A stretch of 64,000 bases of DNA. It comes from Takakia lepidozioides (lineage: Eukaryota; Plantae; Bryophyta). The stretch covers positions 22,134,001-22,198,000 of the forward strand of contig CM060732.1 of assembly GCA_030704615.1 (NCBI GenBank). Direction: 5' to 3'. The first letter of the stretch is position 1. The number at the start of each line of letters is the position of its first letter. The position numbers and the translations under genes were made by a program. The notes under the pieces were generated by a model that had not been told where the DNA came from, did not search any database, and worked only from the letters and a program-made list of their open reading frames with translations. Below are positions 39,538 through 53,976 of this stretch, piece after piece.

Positions 39538-39936
39538 CTCCAGCTGCCACAGCGTTGAGAACGTCACCCAGATCCCTACACTCTCCCTCCCACGAACAAT
39601 CAATCTCTCTCCCTACTGGAACTTCCTTCCTTCCTCCCAACCACCACCCAACCTCTATCTTACTGCTGTCATGTCTAGAGAAGAAAAACCCAACACCCAA
39701 CTGAGATATTGGACTGGAAATAAAATCCCCAACATCAGTCGGGGTTCTCATCGGCATTGAAAAAAGCCTCTTTCAATTCAGTTGATCTCACTTGGGTCGT
39801 TCTCCGTCCACGCACCCACTTTCTCTTTCGTCCGTCAGGATCTCGCAAATAACTTCGTTTTGTTCTCGACCGACATATTTTCGCGGGGCTGCTGTGATCC
39901 TGCAGCAAACGTTCTCGTGTTGTCCTCAAGCTCACC

Positions 39937-42029
39937 ATGGCCGCAGCTTCGGCATTCCCGCCGCCTCCACCCTACTACAAGCTGTACAAGGATTTTCTGG
40001 ATGATCCAGATACTGCCCCATCTCCTCCTCCTCCGGTTGTTGGCACGTACACCATGTTCGGTTCAACCTACACTGTGAGTCGAACGTAGTTTTCTTCCCT
40101 CAATTTGAAATTTCTCAGGTGAGAGCGTTGCAGGTGCGTTGGCTTGATTTCACTTCATCAACTAAGTACTCTGTATGGCTCCCACCGCACCGTGCTTTTG
40201 GGAAGTAGGGAACTTCCAAATCCAGTTAGAGTATCTCTTATGTGGCCGCATGAAGAGTCCTAGTTCATTGTTAAATGAGGCTGTAGGTGTATCTAGAGAG
40301 AATGCAATCACCGAAGACATCCATGGGAGACCATCTGATGCTCCAAGGCAGTGCCCTATTTTCGCTCCATAGTGGACCTGTGATCTTATCTGGACCCAAT
40401 TTTCTGACCCATCTAGTGTTGCAATTGAGGCTCTTACTTAGGTCTAAGATCTTGAAACGGCAGGGTTTATTGATCAGAAGATCCCTCTGCATGTGTTTTT
40501 GGTGGGGAGAATCAGACGAACGATATGCTGCCGGGTCTAGAAGACGAAGGCCTGCGCCAGCTCTACCCCAAAGGCCCCAACGTTGGTATGCATTCGCTCC
40601 TGAGAATAGTCTCATCCGGTTCTCACAGAGAATGTTTTGGAATCATCTTCAGCAAGCAACACAAAGTGACTGGAAAGCATTTGATTTACAATCAAAATTG
40701 TTGGCTTCCTTTCTTATCTTTGTCTTGATGGGGAGTTTGTTTGTGCACGTGGACCCCTTCTTTCTCTGTCTATTGTGGATGCTGCAATATAGTCATGTTG
40801 TTTCTTAGAAAGAAGCATGATGTATTTTGCAACTCGGGGTTCAGACTACAAGAAGGAGCTGCGGGCATTGAACAGAGAACTTTTGCTGCAATTTTTGGAG
40901 CTGAGTGATGCGCTCGTTGAGAGGCCCTCGCACTCTGCGCGCCGAGTGGAAGACATGACCTTGATTCTCCGCAATATGCACCACCTTCTCAACTCCCTCC
41001 GCCCTCACCAGGTTCTCCTCCATTTATCTGGGTGAATCTTGATTGGCCTGTGCTCATCTCTCAAGGATAACAGATTGTACTCATAAGACGTTTTTTGCCG
41101 TAGCCTTGTGGCCATTGACCCCACGCCCAGTTTGAGCGGGAATCTCAAGGATAACAGAGACAGAGAGAGAGGTCCAGTAATTTGCATGATACCTAGTGAA
41201 CAATGCTCTCAATCCTAAGATTTTCTGTCCTTATTTTTGCAGGTCCTTAAGTATTTTTTGTAAATGGTAGGAGATAGAGTGGGATTGAGTTCCATGTCTG
41301 AATAATGGGGCCTGATGGAAATGGCAGGCAAGAGCAACAGTTATACACATGCTAGAGTCACAGATACAACGGCGCAAGCAAGCTGTATCAGATATTCGCC
41401 AGTAAGGATTGTCGCTCAGTATTCTTGAATTTGTGCACAATACTCTTCTCTGAATCTCTATGGTCCTCTTGCCTCTCTAGTTTTGAAATGGTTAGGCCTG
41501 CACGATGCAGGAAGCTCCTTTGAGGACTTCGTTGCGGTTGCAGTTCAAGCCTCTTTGGTAGGCTCTGCCCTAGAATTTGTAGAGGTCAGGTTGTAAGTTT
41601 TTATCCAAAGTGGATGATATGTATAGTGTAGAAGGATCTTGGAAGGGGCTGTACAAGAGAAGTTTACTTATCAGAGATGATTGCTGAGCCTATCACTCCA
41701 ATTCAAAGCCCAGTCTGTGCAGAGGCGAGAGGGGCCGGAGAAGGATATGAAGAATGGATAAGGGCTCCTCAGCTATTGCAGGGAAAGAGAGAGACATCAT
41801 GATCAGAGTAGAGGCAGATAGACATATCCTTCTTTCTGTAGCCGTGACTGTATGAAGATGGCCCGTAAGCTTGCATTTTGTGGGCAGGAAAAGGGAGGAG
41901 GCACGTATACTGCTTCAGAAATCTCTTTCCTTCACTGAAGACTACTTTCATGACACTGGGTTAGCTGCTCCTCCAACCTTGCCAGTTCCTATGGAGATCC
42001 AATTCAATCCACAAAGAAGTATGTCGTAG
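39937..42029 (+). CDS. MED7: Mediator of RNA polymerase II transcription subunit 7
   Basis: Exons 39937-40074, 40516-40585, 40845-41011, ~41328-41401, 41888-42029; SAFPPPPPYYKLY, LPGLEDEGLRQLYPKG, DYKKELRALN, NMHHLLNSLRPHQARAT. Confidence 0.95.
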
Positions 42030-42865
42030 CATCGGATATGGCCATGTGAAGCATTTGGTGAGCTTCCATTGTATTATACCAGCAATTTAATTCGAATCAT
42101 CCACACTCCACACCAGAAGCCATAGCTACTTGGTGAATGATGTTTCAACTCATTACTTGTCAATATGGATCTCTCACTACTATGCTAGAGACAGCCAGTT
42201 CTATTTGTAACATCAATTGTCCTCCAAGCATGTGTGGCCAGTTTACTGTGTGGACTTGCTCATAGCCCCCACTCCAGGAGACACCCTAGGGGTTTGAGTT
42301 CAAAATAGTGAGTACACTTGGCAGAGAAGGTTTTAAATGTAATTAATTACATGGTCTCCCAAGCCCTCAATCATCAAGGCTGCCTTGACTGCCTCCTATT
42401 TATCGTATTCAAGATAGACTGTAAAGTTCTTGTTGTAGGCTGGAGGAAAGCCATGCTGGTCTTCTTTTGTTTATCAGAGTAGGAGCCTTGATTCCAACTA
42501 CATGGAGAAACTCAGTTAACGAGAACAGCTGAACTGCATTTCATTTGAAGTTGACCTAAAGTTGGTCATTTTGCTGGGGGCATAGTCTGTGACCCTTTTG
42601 GCAATCAGTACACTTCTGATGCACAAATACTTTGCCATCATCACCTCATTTTTGTGGTCAACTGACTATTAGATGAGTAAAAGACTTTCCTTTCCATTTT
42701 AATCAAAGCTATGACAAGAAAGTGTCGAAGAAGTAAACAACTGCGCCGAAATAAGGCTCAACTTGCCAATTTCCCATCCGAGTTTGGGAGAAGAGGGAGG
42801 ACGACTGTGTCCAGTAAAGAGCCCAGGCAAAAAGGGACACATCATGAAGAGGTAGGCCTCCTATG

Positions 42866-45800
42866 TTATGGTGCCAAAAGCCTGGCCAATTCGGCAATTC
42901 CTAGCAATCCTACTTGTTCCTGCCTGGGCAGATCTTGTTTGGCTTGTTTCTCTAACCAAGCTTGCCTTTCAATCTGCGCACTATTCCTTGCTGATTGGAT
43001 CTGTGACATGTCACCCCTATTTGCTATGGAAGAGTCAATTGCCCTTGCCTTCTGAGGCTCGCTGTCTTTGCCCAATTGAGGTCTATCCAATGACACAGCA
43101 GCCCCTGACTCAGTGCCTTCAACTTTGTTTGAATTGAAGTCCATTGTAGAAGCGCTCTGACTTTCTTCTCGCATCCCACTTTCTGTTGCACCTTCAGAAT
43201 GTCGTATCCCACCTTCTGTTGCATCTTCAGAATGTGTATCAAGTACAGCTTCAGTCAAAACCTCTGTGCATGTTGCTGTGGAAACATTCCAATCAGCTGC
43301 CACTTCAGATGGTCTAGCCACATCAGAATTTGTTGCAATGTTGACTCGATTAGCTAAATCTTCACCGAAAAATCCATCCTTTGGATGCTCTCCCTCGTCT
43401 TGGCTGGTTTTGATTTCTGAGAGAACATTGAGAGTAGTTTCTCTGCAAGAAATTGAAGAGACATTCCTGTCATGCATAGCTGCCTGGCCCTCATCACAAG
43501 TATCCAACTCATTTGCTGCCAGCTCACTAAGGTGATGAGCTGGCTCTTCATCCAAGAATCCATCCTCAGCAGGCTCCTCCTCTCCTTGGCTGCCTTCGTA
43601 TTCGGAGAGACCATTGAAAGTAGTTTCTCTGGGAAAAATTGCAGAGACATTGCCCTCTCGCTTAACTTCCTTGCCCTCTTCACAGGCATCCAACTCCTTT
43701 GCTGCCATCTCATTCAATGCTGCCTTAACAGCAGCATGGGTAATGTTATCTTGAATGCCATCCGACTTCCAGTCACGCCCTCTCCACATCAAAATACACT
43801 CTCTCTCGAATGAGAGGAGCACACATGGTACCAAGTCCTGACCAACCCCAGCAATAGATGCAGAACACATCAGCACTTGGAACCAGGTCCCTCGGAGGCC
43901 ATCTTGCAATGTGGAGTGCAAGTTGGTTGAATGCCTTCGACAGTCCATAATCTCATGCATCTTCCAGTCAGTGATTCACAATTCCATTATGAGGTTCATG
44001 GAATTACAGTTGCTATCCCTACAGAGTGAACCTGTAGCAAACAGAGTTTATTTCTCATTGGTTTTGGGAGCCAATTTCATATCTCATATCAATGGATGTA
44101 ACATGGGGGCAGAGGAAGACCTTGAGTTTAGCACCAATTTTCTTAAAGTCATGGGGGTTGAGCCCCTTGCAGTCCACTTTGACCAGCTCATCAACCTTGA
44201 ACGCATCCCTCACATCCGTTACCAGTGTTAAGTACACTCCATTCTTTCCTGCAACCCAAACATCCTCATTGTTAGCGTCATAGATATAATAGCATACAAT
44301 GAGCTGTCGGAAATTCAGAATGATTGATGTATGCAATTTTGACAACAAAAGCAGGCAGATGTCTCTCAAACTGTCACACCTAGCAGATTTTAAGTTAGTG
44401 CCGATGGGATGTACCCGTTCACAGTTTACTTATTCAAGCCATACAAAGATCACACCCTTGTGAAAGTGTCTTGCTATCAACAGACTCAATGCCCATAGAC
44501 TATGTAGGACAATTTGGGCCTAGGGAGTAGGTTAGTCAGTCCACGTGTCCCTGTGGTGTCCCCCATAAGCCCATCATTCAAGCCACTCCCATTTATGTGA
44601 TGTAATGTGTATCTCTGAAGAGGGAAGCAACTGGAATAAAAAGTCGCAGAAATCCTAGGTGTGGTCATCTAGAACCAACGAGAGCCATTTTCGTCCCGCC
44701 TGAAAACCCAACCTCTGAAATTCTCAGATTCTGACATATTTCAACCACCTCAAGTCACGAAGACCAGACCGAGACTATCAGAGAACACTCGACTTACCCA
44801 GCCTACAAATGGCCAAAAGCTGTCGTCCAGCAGCACGCATCTTATCAGCTTCTTGAATTGTTAGGCCCTCAGGAGCAGGCTGGATAAGCTTTGGGTAAAT
44901 AGGGGCTGTTGGCTTCCATAGCATAAGCCTGATCTGAGGACGAGTCTTGTAGTTGTAGTTGCGCCCTCGAAACAAATACACCACACCACCCGCTCGGTGA
45001 ATAATCTTTCCCCCTGTCTTCTCCTGACCCACAGAATTGACCTCTCCAAGTTGAGCCATTAAGAGAGTCAGATAACTGCAGAGACTCTCTTTTGTCACCC
45101 TGTCATGCCTATGTGTCCCTCAGACTTTAGACTAGTGTTCCTGCTTTCTCTCACACACAATACGGTCTTTCTCAGTATCCAAGTTCTCATCAGATATCAA
45201 CGATGGTTGTTAAGTTACACATCAGGTGTCACACACCACACCACTGAGTCTATGAAGGGGAGAGTGAGCAGACCTCAAGCTTGTTGCAAACATTGTCCAT
45301 GTCCACAGTGGGGACACCTTTACACTTGATTTTGCAGACAAGCCGCCGCTTCCAGTGCTGGTGCACCACATCCAGCATGTTGTGTGTCAATCCATCCCTA
45401 CCTACACATCATTCCGTACCACCAGAGCCGTGACTCTCCCTCTCCACATCCGGAAACCAGACAAGATGACACCGCCCATGTGCAGAGGTTTGTTTTATTA
45501 CTGAGAGGTGACTAACTGGCAATAGTAGAATCCCACAGCAGCAATCCCATGCTCACCTCACTTCAGCAGCTTCATCATAGCCCTGTTGCTGGCTAATAGT
45601 CTCATATAGCAGTTACAACTCGTTAAAACTGAGCATCTCCAAATTTTGTTCAGGAGGTGCGATTAGAGACAGAAGTGTGTAAGCCCAGATGATTCTGGTT
45701 AAACTCTTCTAACAGTCAAATCTGAGTACATTGCTAGATTTCACAATTCTCAAAATCGTCTTCTGAGGATGACCAGAAGTGGTGTAGAAACTGCAGGCAA

Positions 45801-47582
45801 GGAAGTATCCAAAACCCTCTCCCTCTCTCCTAAATCCTGGACTCTAAAACCCTTCTAGCTCACCACTTGCTACTCTACCATCCCCCCTAAATCCCTTATT
45901 TTGATCCACAAAAAAAAGATTCAAAAGCCCCAAAATATCAACCATAAACAAGAGTACAGACACAAAGAGGAGGTACCCAGATTGAGCTGGCGGTTGCCAT
46001 GATTAGTATCCTCCAGCAACTGCACCACTTCTGCCTTGGAAACAGGTTCTCCCAGTATTTCCTCTCTTGTTTGGCCACGCTTCCGGCTTTGCCCCTGTGG
46101 GGAAGGACCTGGTGCCTGCACAGATTTCACTCCCTTCTTTCCTTGGGGAGGTGGCTTAGGTGAATTGAACTCTGGTAGTTTTTTCTTGCATCCTGGCAGA
46201 GGGGCCTTGCCAGTCCATGGTCTTTCCATTGTCTCAGGGCCAAAAGGAGAGTAAGGTGCTTCCCGATACCCAATCGGCGCTACTTTGGGGGTTTCTGTGT
46301 AACTATATTGATACTCTAAATCAGGCTGTGGCAAAGAGGGAGTTGCTTGGGAAGGAGTGGCCCGCACATCTGTGTTTTCTGGGGATTTTCCCACTTTGGT
46401 GTCACCTGTACCACCCATGAACTCAGACTTCTCAGATTTTGATGACTTCTGTTCCTTTGTATCCTCAAACAAAGGAGATTCTGCACAAGGATAGTTGGAG
46501 GGTGCGAAAGAACTAAATGCAGGGCGAGACGAAGAAGAAGACGAAGAAGAAGTAGGAATGCCTCCAGCACTGGCGAGGTTTCTGGATTTGGCATTCATAG
46601 CTCCAGAATACTTGGACAGGTTCCCAGGATTTGATGGTTTGGATGGGACCGAACGTGATCCTACTGACCTAGGTGAAAACCGGGAAGGTTTCACCTCCTT
46701 CGAACCCCATGAAGCAATTCTGCGTGTTTCTGAATACGAGCTCCGGGTTTGTGATTCCTCGCTCTGTTTCCGAAGCCCTAAACCCTCTCCTCTCTCTGCT
46801 TCAGCCCATGGATGTGGGTCTTCTTCGAGCAACCTTACGCTCTCTCCCCTTTCTTCATTCCTACTTCTCCCTTCCGTTCCTCGTCTCTCCTCTCTTGAAC
46901 CCCGCCTGTCCCCCTCTGTTCCTTGCCTATTTGGCGTTCCTTGCAATTCTTCCACTCCCATACCTCTGAATGCACTATCTGCACTTCCTCCTGCCAACTC
47001 TGCTGCCTCTCTGGCATCCCCAGTATCCCAAAACTTGGTCCTCTCATCATAACCCCGGTGCCCCCCTGCTTCCACTCTCTGTTTCCTGCCCTCCGCGACT
47101 GCCCGTTGCGCTGAGCCGGAAGCCCTGCCACTGTCATATCCCTCATCTATTCGACTTCTTAAAGGCCCCTCCTCAGGAAATTCTTGAGAAAACACGTCGT
47201 CTCTCTCTCGCGTTCTCCAATTTGAGCTCCTCCTGCCAGAATGTTGAAGTCCAGCGGAATCTCTCTCTTGCCCTTCCGATGATAAGGCCTTCCACGGCCC
47301 AGCTGCATCGTCCCTGCTTTCCTCTCGCCCGAGCTCCTCTGTCACATAATTCGAAAATACTCGAAATTTGGACAAGGACGACAGGTGCGTGAAAGATTTA
47401 CTGGTACTTCGAGACCCGGGGGTTGGGAACTTGAACTGCACAGACTTGGAACGGGAGTGTGAGAGATAACGATGATGCCAGAAACATGACGAACGGGGGC
47501 GGTGTAGGGAGGACGCAGGGAGCGCTCGGAAATTAGGCAAAGAAGATGACAAGTATGATGTGATCCCCATTCTGAGTGCCAT
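42866..47582 (-). CDS. CAF1: CRS2-associated factor (two CRM domains), chloroplast group II intron splicing factor
   Basis: Five exons; [44 protein letters not shown]...HWKR...[24 protein letters not shown]...[19 protein letters not shown]...LMWRG, C-terminal ELARLLA. CAF1 versus CAF2 cannot be resolved. Confidence 0.92.
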
Positions 47583-48550
47583 GTCTCTCTCTCTCTCTCT
47601 CTCAAACCCAGTCACCCCTTCTCTTCTCGCCCCATCCTCGATGCCATCTCTCTCCCTCACACGCACACTCTCTCGCTCACTCTCTCTCTCTCAGTGTTGC
47701 TGTTTGGATGAATGTTCGCGACGAAACACACGGACGCTTTGTTTCTTGCTCATATTTTTTGTTCCTCACGTACCCCAACAGTCGAGCATCTTTTCTCTTT
47801 GCAGGAGAGGCAGATGCAGCAGAGTAACACGAGGCTGTGGAGCTGAACTGAGTATCTATTCTGGCAAGTGATGGCGATGACGCCTCCTATGCCTGAGACA
47901 AGAAACTCCTTCGTATTCATTGACAAATTACTTACACTTGAGGCAGGAGATTGCAATGAACAGTCAAAGAACAGTTCCTTCGTTGTGACTACTTTCAAAC
48001 TCGCCTACAGTAGCTCTTCGCATTTGAGCGTCTGCCTGACTCAGCTTGTTGAGATGAAATGTGAGTGGTGCTTATGGTAACCACAGCCACAGTTAAGGTA
48101 GCAGTCTACATGGTTTACTGAGGGCAAGCTGGTGCACAAGTGACACGGCAAGTGACAAGTGACAGGCAAACAATACGAGCGAAAACAAGAGCAGAAAGAA
48201 ACCAGGAGCTTGCTTGGAGGAGAAATACTTCATTAGGCGATTATATTTTATATCTTCCAAACGTCTGGCCTTTCTGAACACATGCAAGCGTCCAAGCGTC
48301 AAAGCAGATTGACCGACCTACTAGCCTTCCAAAATGACCTGGTACGTTCTTCAACCCAATACTCCCAGGTCCGGCTTTCGCACCATCAAATAATCACTAA
48401 ACTCCGTCCTAAAAAGATCTCTGTCAATGACTGCTAGTCTCAGATCTTTGATCAAAGAGCTGATCACGTCTAAAGATTTGAGGCAAGAGAAGCCAGATGG
48501 GTCCTGCCTCCAACGCATAATGAGACCGGCACCCAGTCATTTGTATAAAT

Positions 48551-51500
48551 TCATGAAAAAGCATACTGCACAGGAAGGGGAGAGGCAACTTGGCTACGAA
48601 TGCGGCTGGACCTCCGGACAGGGGTGAGCTTCACTTGCTCCAATCCTGCGCCCTGGGACACCCACAATGCAGCATTCCAAACACTTAGAATCAGGTATGA
48701 CAAAGTATGTGTGTAGACTGTAGATTGTACAGCACTACCCGTCCAACCAGACCTATGACCTGTCCATGCCCTTCACAGGAGGTCTGCAGCATTCGCTCAT
48801 TCATAGAGGAAATAGATGAAACGTGGAGGCAAAATACATGAACTGTTTTCCCCTTTCGCCTAAATATTGCTGTCTCTGCATCACAAAAGAAGGCGATTAT
48901 TCCAGTACATGCAGTATATACCTCATTCACAACAATGGGTTCGTAGGTGGTGAAACTGCCAAGCTGAGAGTCCTCGGGCAACATGGACAGCTCGCTCTCC
49001 GCCACAGACATAGTGTCATTCACACTTCCTGTCGTGGACATACTTGACTCTGTCGGTGCATATGAAACAGTCGGTGTATATGTACTCAAGGGGGTACGAA
49101 ATGACAGCATCTCAGACCTGTAGCTGGGTTGGTTATAACGGCCTGTTGGGGCGCTGATACTTGGCATCTCTTTTCTATGTGATATAGGTGAATGATATAC
49201 TATGGGTGCACTCATGGCAGGTTCTGCTGGTTTTGTGACCCGAAAGGCTGTCAGGGAGTCAGACTCATTCAGTTTACTAGGTGTCGCAACACTATGAGCT
49301 GGTGAAGAGATGGTAGGGGTCTCTCCCTTGTTTGCTGCAGCAGGTGTATGGTTTACAGAAGATACGGTCGGTCCACTGACATCAGGCACAGAGGGCTGAG
49401 GTGCGGAAGGAATGTCTGTGTTGCTGTCTATCACTTTCACAGCCTTCTTATTGGCTGCTCCTCTGCGGCTTCTCCTACGACCTACCCAAGGAGCCTTGTA
49501 ACGTTTCATCAAGAAGGGTACAGCCATAACAACTGCCACCAAAAGTGACCCAAAAGCCACAACCACAGCATGGGAACCAAGCACTCGGAGTCTTGGTAAA
49601 CCCTCTGGGAAAGATGGCATTACTGAGACCCCTTCTTGAAAGTCACTGGAGCTCAACACCCTACCATGCTCAATTTCGTGCTGCATTAATACCCCCTCTA
49701 CTGCGAACTCTTCAGCACCCTCAACGTCCTTTGCAGGGGATCCTTGAGATGTTGTATGCGCTGCAATGGGGAGATCATCAATACCAACAGCAGCTCTCAC
49801 AAAAAGCTCATTTGCCCTCAAATCCCAATCAATTGTAAGCTTGTCATCTGGGAGACCCACATGATTGTTTGATGCCCCCTCTTCTGCTGGAAGCCCAAGG
49901 CCTTCAGAAGTCAATTGCCCCTTCTCCAAAGAAAAATCAGCTGCTGGCAACACTTCTCCAAAAGGGGCATCAGCTACCCCCCCTTCCTCTCGTGGCGGTA
50001 ATGACATGGCTGTATCGCTGTAGCTTAAAGCCTCTTCTTCTATCACCTTTTCTTTTCCACCCTCTTCAACCACTTCGGACAATGAGTGAAAGCTTCCTTC
50101 TCTGGAAACCATGACATTGCTATGAGTATCTGGTTCTGTTACTGCTTGCAAACTTGAGAAGGAAGTGTCTGCCTGCACATCAAGCCAAGTCAGTCCATCG
50201 ACAATCAAATGTTCGAAGACCCTACAGCTACAATATACTGGATCCAACACCAGCAGAGGACCACTGGCAATATACTTTCTTCAATTGAACACCTTGAACT
50301 TCCTTCTGTCAGTTAAAAACATGTGAGTAGGCTTTAAACTTTCCCACAGAATGAAGATGCAGTGCTCACTTGCTTTCCTATTGTCTTAACAGCTAACAAG
50401 TTGCAGCTTGAAAGCACCAACTACTAGATGCTGGTTGCCAAGTGTAGAAAGAACACTTTCAAGTGGTATTCAAAGTTTCTGGTTTGAGTTCATCACAAGA
50501 ATCCACTTCGACTACTCCTAAGATATCCACTGCAGTCAACTATGGTCCCAAACCCATCTACAATATGAGCCTGTAAAAATAGTTTTGATGGAGACTGACA
50601 GATGGAGAGGTCTTACCATAAAGACCAGTGGGGCCGCGCCTTCATGTACGTAGTGAATTTCTCTCTCTGAGATTTCAGCTGAAGGCAGTGTCTCTGCCAA
50701 GGCCTCCGCCATCTTAACTTCCACAGGATGGAGAGCAGCCTCAAATAATTCTGCCAATAGCGAGTTCACTTCATCAGATCCTGTTTTGATAGTGGTCTGT
50801 GGGTATTCAACGCCCTGAACCAAATCGTAGTCTGCAACCCAGTCCCATTCCTCCACATCGTCAAGCAAAATTTCCTCCTTGTTGATTCTTTCATATTGAG
50901 GAACTGATGTATCGGGAAATTTCATGCGGCCCGGTCCAGCCACGTCAACAAACCTGTCTGTCACTTGCAAATGGCTCATGTCCAGCACATGAATGGACTG
51001 GTTCAAGTGGCTAATACAGCCCTGTTCAGTGGCCCCATTCAAGGATGGGTACCGATTGATATACCCTTGTGCGGAAACTCTCAACTCATCAAACTTCGTC
51101 GCAACCGGTCTGAAGTTCATTTCACACAATTCACGCACCGACAGCTCCCTCAGGCGCCGATGAACAGCCTTTAAGTGTCTCGATGCCACTTCGCTTAGAA
51201 CACTCAGGTCTACAACCGGGTGTGGACTCAGGTCCTCGCTTGCTCTCCACAGACCATCAATCCCTTCTGTAAACCTCAAAACGGGCGTTCTGAAGGAGGA
51301 GTTGTGCCAAGTTGCCGCCAAAGCATTGCCATGGAGACAACGGGGAAGAAGACCCGGACTCCCAGATGCGAGAAGAATTGTAGCCGCCACGCACGCCAGC
51401 AAGATCCCGAACAAAATACCCCTCACAAACCTCTCACCCACTGAAGTTGGCACATCTTCCTCGAACTCCGTTTCGTCATTCTCCTCGCCCTCCAGTCCCA

Positions 51501-53545
51501 CGGAAAAATCTAGATTACATCTATCCATAGCAGCCATTACATTGGCTGCTGCTTCCCCCTCTCTGGGTATAGTTAGAACCTCCTCCTTCAGCACATTTGT
51601 TTCCACAGGCACGGCAGGCTTCAGATTCGAGCCTCCAAGGCCTCTATGATCCAGCCCTTCGTCTGTAAAAGTAGCAAGTGTACTTTTTTCTGCGTTGTCC
51701 ACTTTAGTTAAGGGTGATTGACTTGGAACAGGACCAGAGACAGCATTTATCCTACCTGCCACAACCTCAGTGCTCTCCAGCTGCACAGCATCTCTAGAAG
51801 GAGCAGCCTTTTCAGATTCAAGCTCTCCATCGACACTCTCTTCCTCACGAGTGGGATCTGGGCTGTCAGTTAAGCTCTTATTCAGAAGAACCAGACGCCG
51901 GTGGGGCCGATAGCGAAGAAACTGCGGCCTGGGGGATAAAAAATTATTCTTAGGATCATACGGGGGCAGTTCTTCACCTACAATAGTGCCCAACGGAGCA
52001 TCGACTTCGATAGCCCCAGCGAAGGACTCCACTGGCTCACTGTTATTCACTCGCAGGAACTGGGGCCTGGGGGAGAAGGGTGCGTGGACAGGATGGTAGG
52101 GGGACTTTTCACCCTTTGATGGCAATGCCTTCTTAACAGATAATACTTCGGGAAGTTCTGTCCCCTGACTGGCGGGGGGAATGATGTCATCTTGCAAGAA
52201 CTTCTTGATACGTTTCTGCAGCTCAGTTATGGAGACTTGCACCACTGGGCTTTCCTGAGTCCGCTGCTCCATGCTGAGCTCCTCTTTCTTGGAGCCCTCC
52301 GGAGTTGGAGGAGCATTGGAGAGTGCATGCCTTTCAGCGAGAACCTTCTGTTTCGGTGACGTGAGGGAAGCTTTTGAGGAGCTGGTTGGGGGAATGGGTG
52401 CCAGAAAAGGTTTCAGAGTTTTCACAACGCTTCCACCTTTTCCCTTCCCATAGAAAGAGATATCGGGGTCTCTTGGGCGATCATGACGGTCCAACGATCG
52501 ATTCTCTTTGTGATCTTCCAAGGCCTTGCTGGGGGTACCGGAGTCTCTCACATCCAATTGAGTCCTCCTCCTGCCTGTATGAAGGAAAGGACGCATTTCA
52601 GCTACGGCAGCACGAAACCAAAACGTGAATCCATCTCAGAATATAGCAATCACAGGGAGACGGTGTACAATGCCTGTCACTGTGTCCGCTCGAATACAAT
52701 GAAAAGAGCCACCAAGCTAAGCCCAAAGAAAAGGGCAGATAACAGCAACCCATATGAGAAATTGAAAGATCAATTAAAAAAAAACACGAAGTTGCCAGAG
52801 CACAGGTTCTCTGTCACGAGGAGGAAACTCCCCTTGCCTAGTTACGTACACCAGCAGAAAAGACTGCTCGGGCCTTGAAACTTTTGTCAATGTAAATATC
52901 AGACCCAAGGTTGATTGCCTGTGTTTCAAGGTCAAATTCAACATGCTACCGCGGTTCTAACATGCATGCTACCACAGAAGGTCGCTTCTAACCTCATCAC
53001 ATGCTGCAAATTCAAGCAGCTAAGATGTTTTCGTCACTGCTCTCTCAAAGGGTCGGAGACAAGTACAGTTTCTACAGAAATGGCGCAAGACAGACAATTT
53101 AGCTCCAGTACGTTACCCGGTGAACGTTTATCTGGTACCTGCGAGAAATTTAGATGGGATGTTCTGGGCCAGCCCTATAACTCTGTTCTCATCATTGACC
53201 GACAATTACACCTCAATACTTTGGATATGTGGAAGCAAAGACGTAAGAGTCGGGAGCTGTAAGCGTATTGCAGCCAAATGGCTAATGGTACTCAAGAAAT
53301 AACTACAACCCGTCGATCGTAGTTGAGGCACTAAGCATCAAGACGCTAAGTCTTTTACCTGGACTGTCTGTGGGAGAAACCTGGTTGAAGAGTGGGTTCG
53401 TGTGGCTACGCGCCGCTACAGCCTCCGGCCCTCTCTGCCCTCTGGATGCCGCGACATTCGCCGCAAAGCTCCGCTTGGGAGTCGCGGGAGACATCCCAGG
53501 TCTTGATCGCTCGTGGTATGGTGATCTGCTCCCAGCGAACGACAT
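48551..53545 (-). CDS. Large uncharacterised plant protein with two TM segments and PYDPxxNxLSPRPQFL, GSFTTYE and TPVRRSSR motifs
   Basis: Exons 53545-53359, 52574-50617, 50172-48922, 48652-48551 (GT-AG, in phase); TMs GILFGILLACVAATILL and AVVVAFGSLLVAVVMAVPFL; motifs remembered from an unnamed land-plant family. Confidence 0.85.
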
Positions 53546-53976
53546 TCTGACTGACAAGAACTGGATACAGCTTAGGCTGGCATGACCTTCGCTGTAACCA
53601 TCCACACTGAGGAGAGAAGCAGCAGTATTAGGGTATTGAAAAGAAAGTCCAGCTGAGAAACCAAAACAGCGAGCAGAGTTTTATCAAACAAGGAGAGTGT
53701 GGAGCAAATCCAAGGCCAGCAACAAACAGCATCTAGGAAAGATTGTGCAGGTCCGCAGGCAGTGAAGCAGAAGAGCGAGGTCGACAAGGAGAGAGACGAT
53801 GACAGGGAGAACCGTTCCAAAAGCCCGCCCGTTCTAAGTTTGAATCTACTCACATTGGATCGTCGATTCCCTCAACGGTCTTGCCGATCTGACGTCAGGG
53901 AAACGCTGTCCCGCATACGAGTAAAATGGATGATTCACATCCCATGCAATATCCATCCATCCACCCTACTTTAAAC

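Noticed and set aside
41700-41800. Alternative last exon for MED7
   Set aside because: The exon at 41888 gives the expected KREEARILL pattern with a good acceptor; these candidates do not.
46495-47052. 185-aa plus-strand ORF and other long antisense ORFs over CAF, LINE and TM-gene exons
   Set aside because: Antisense shadows of real coding exons with no independent motifs.
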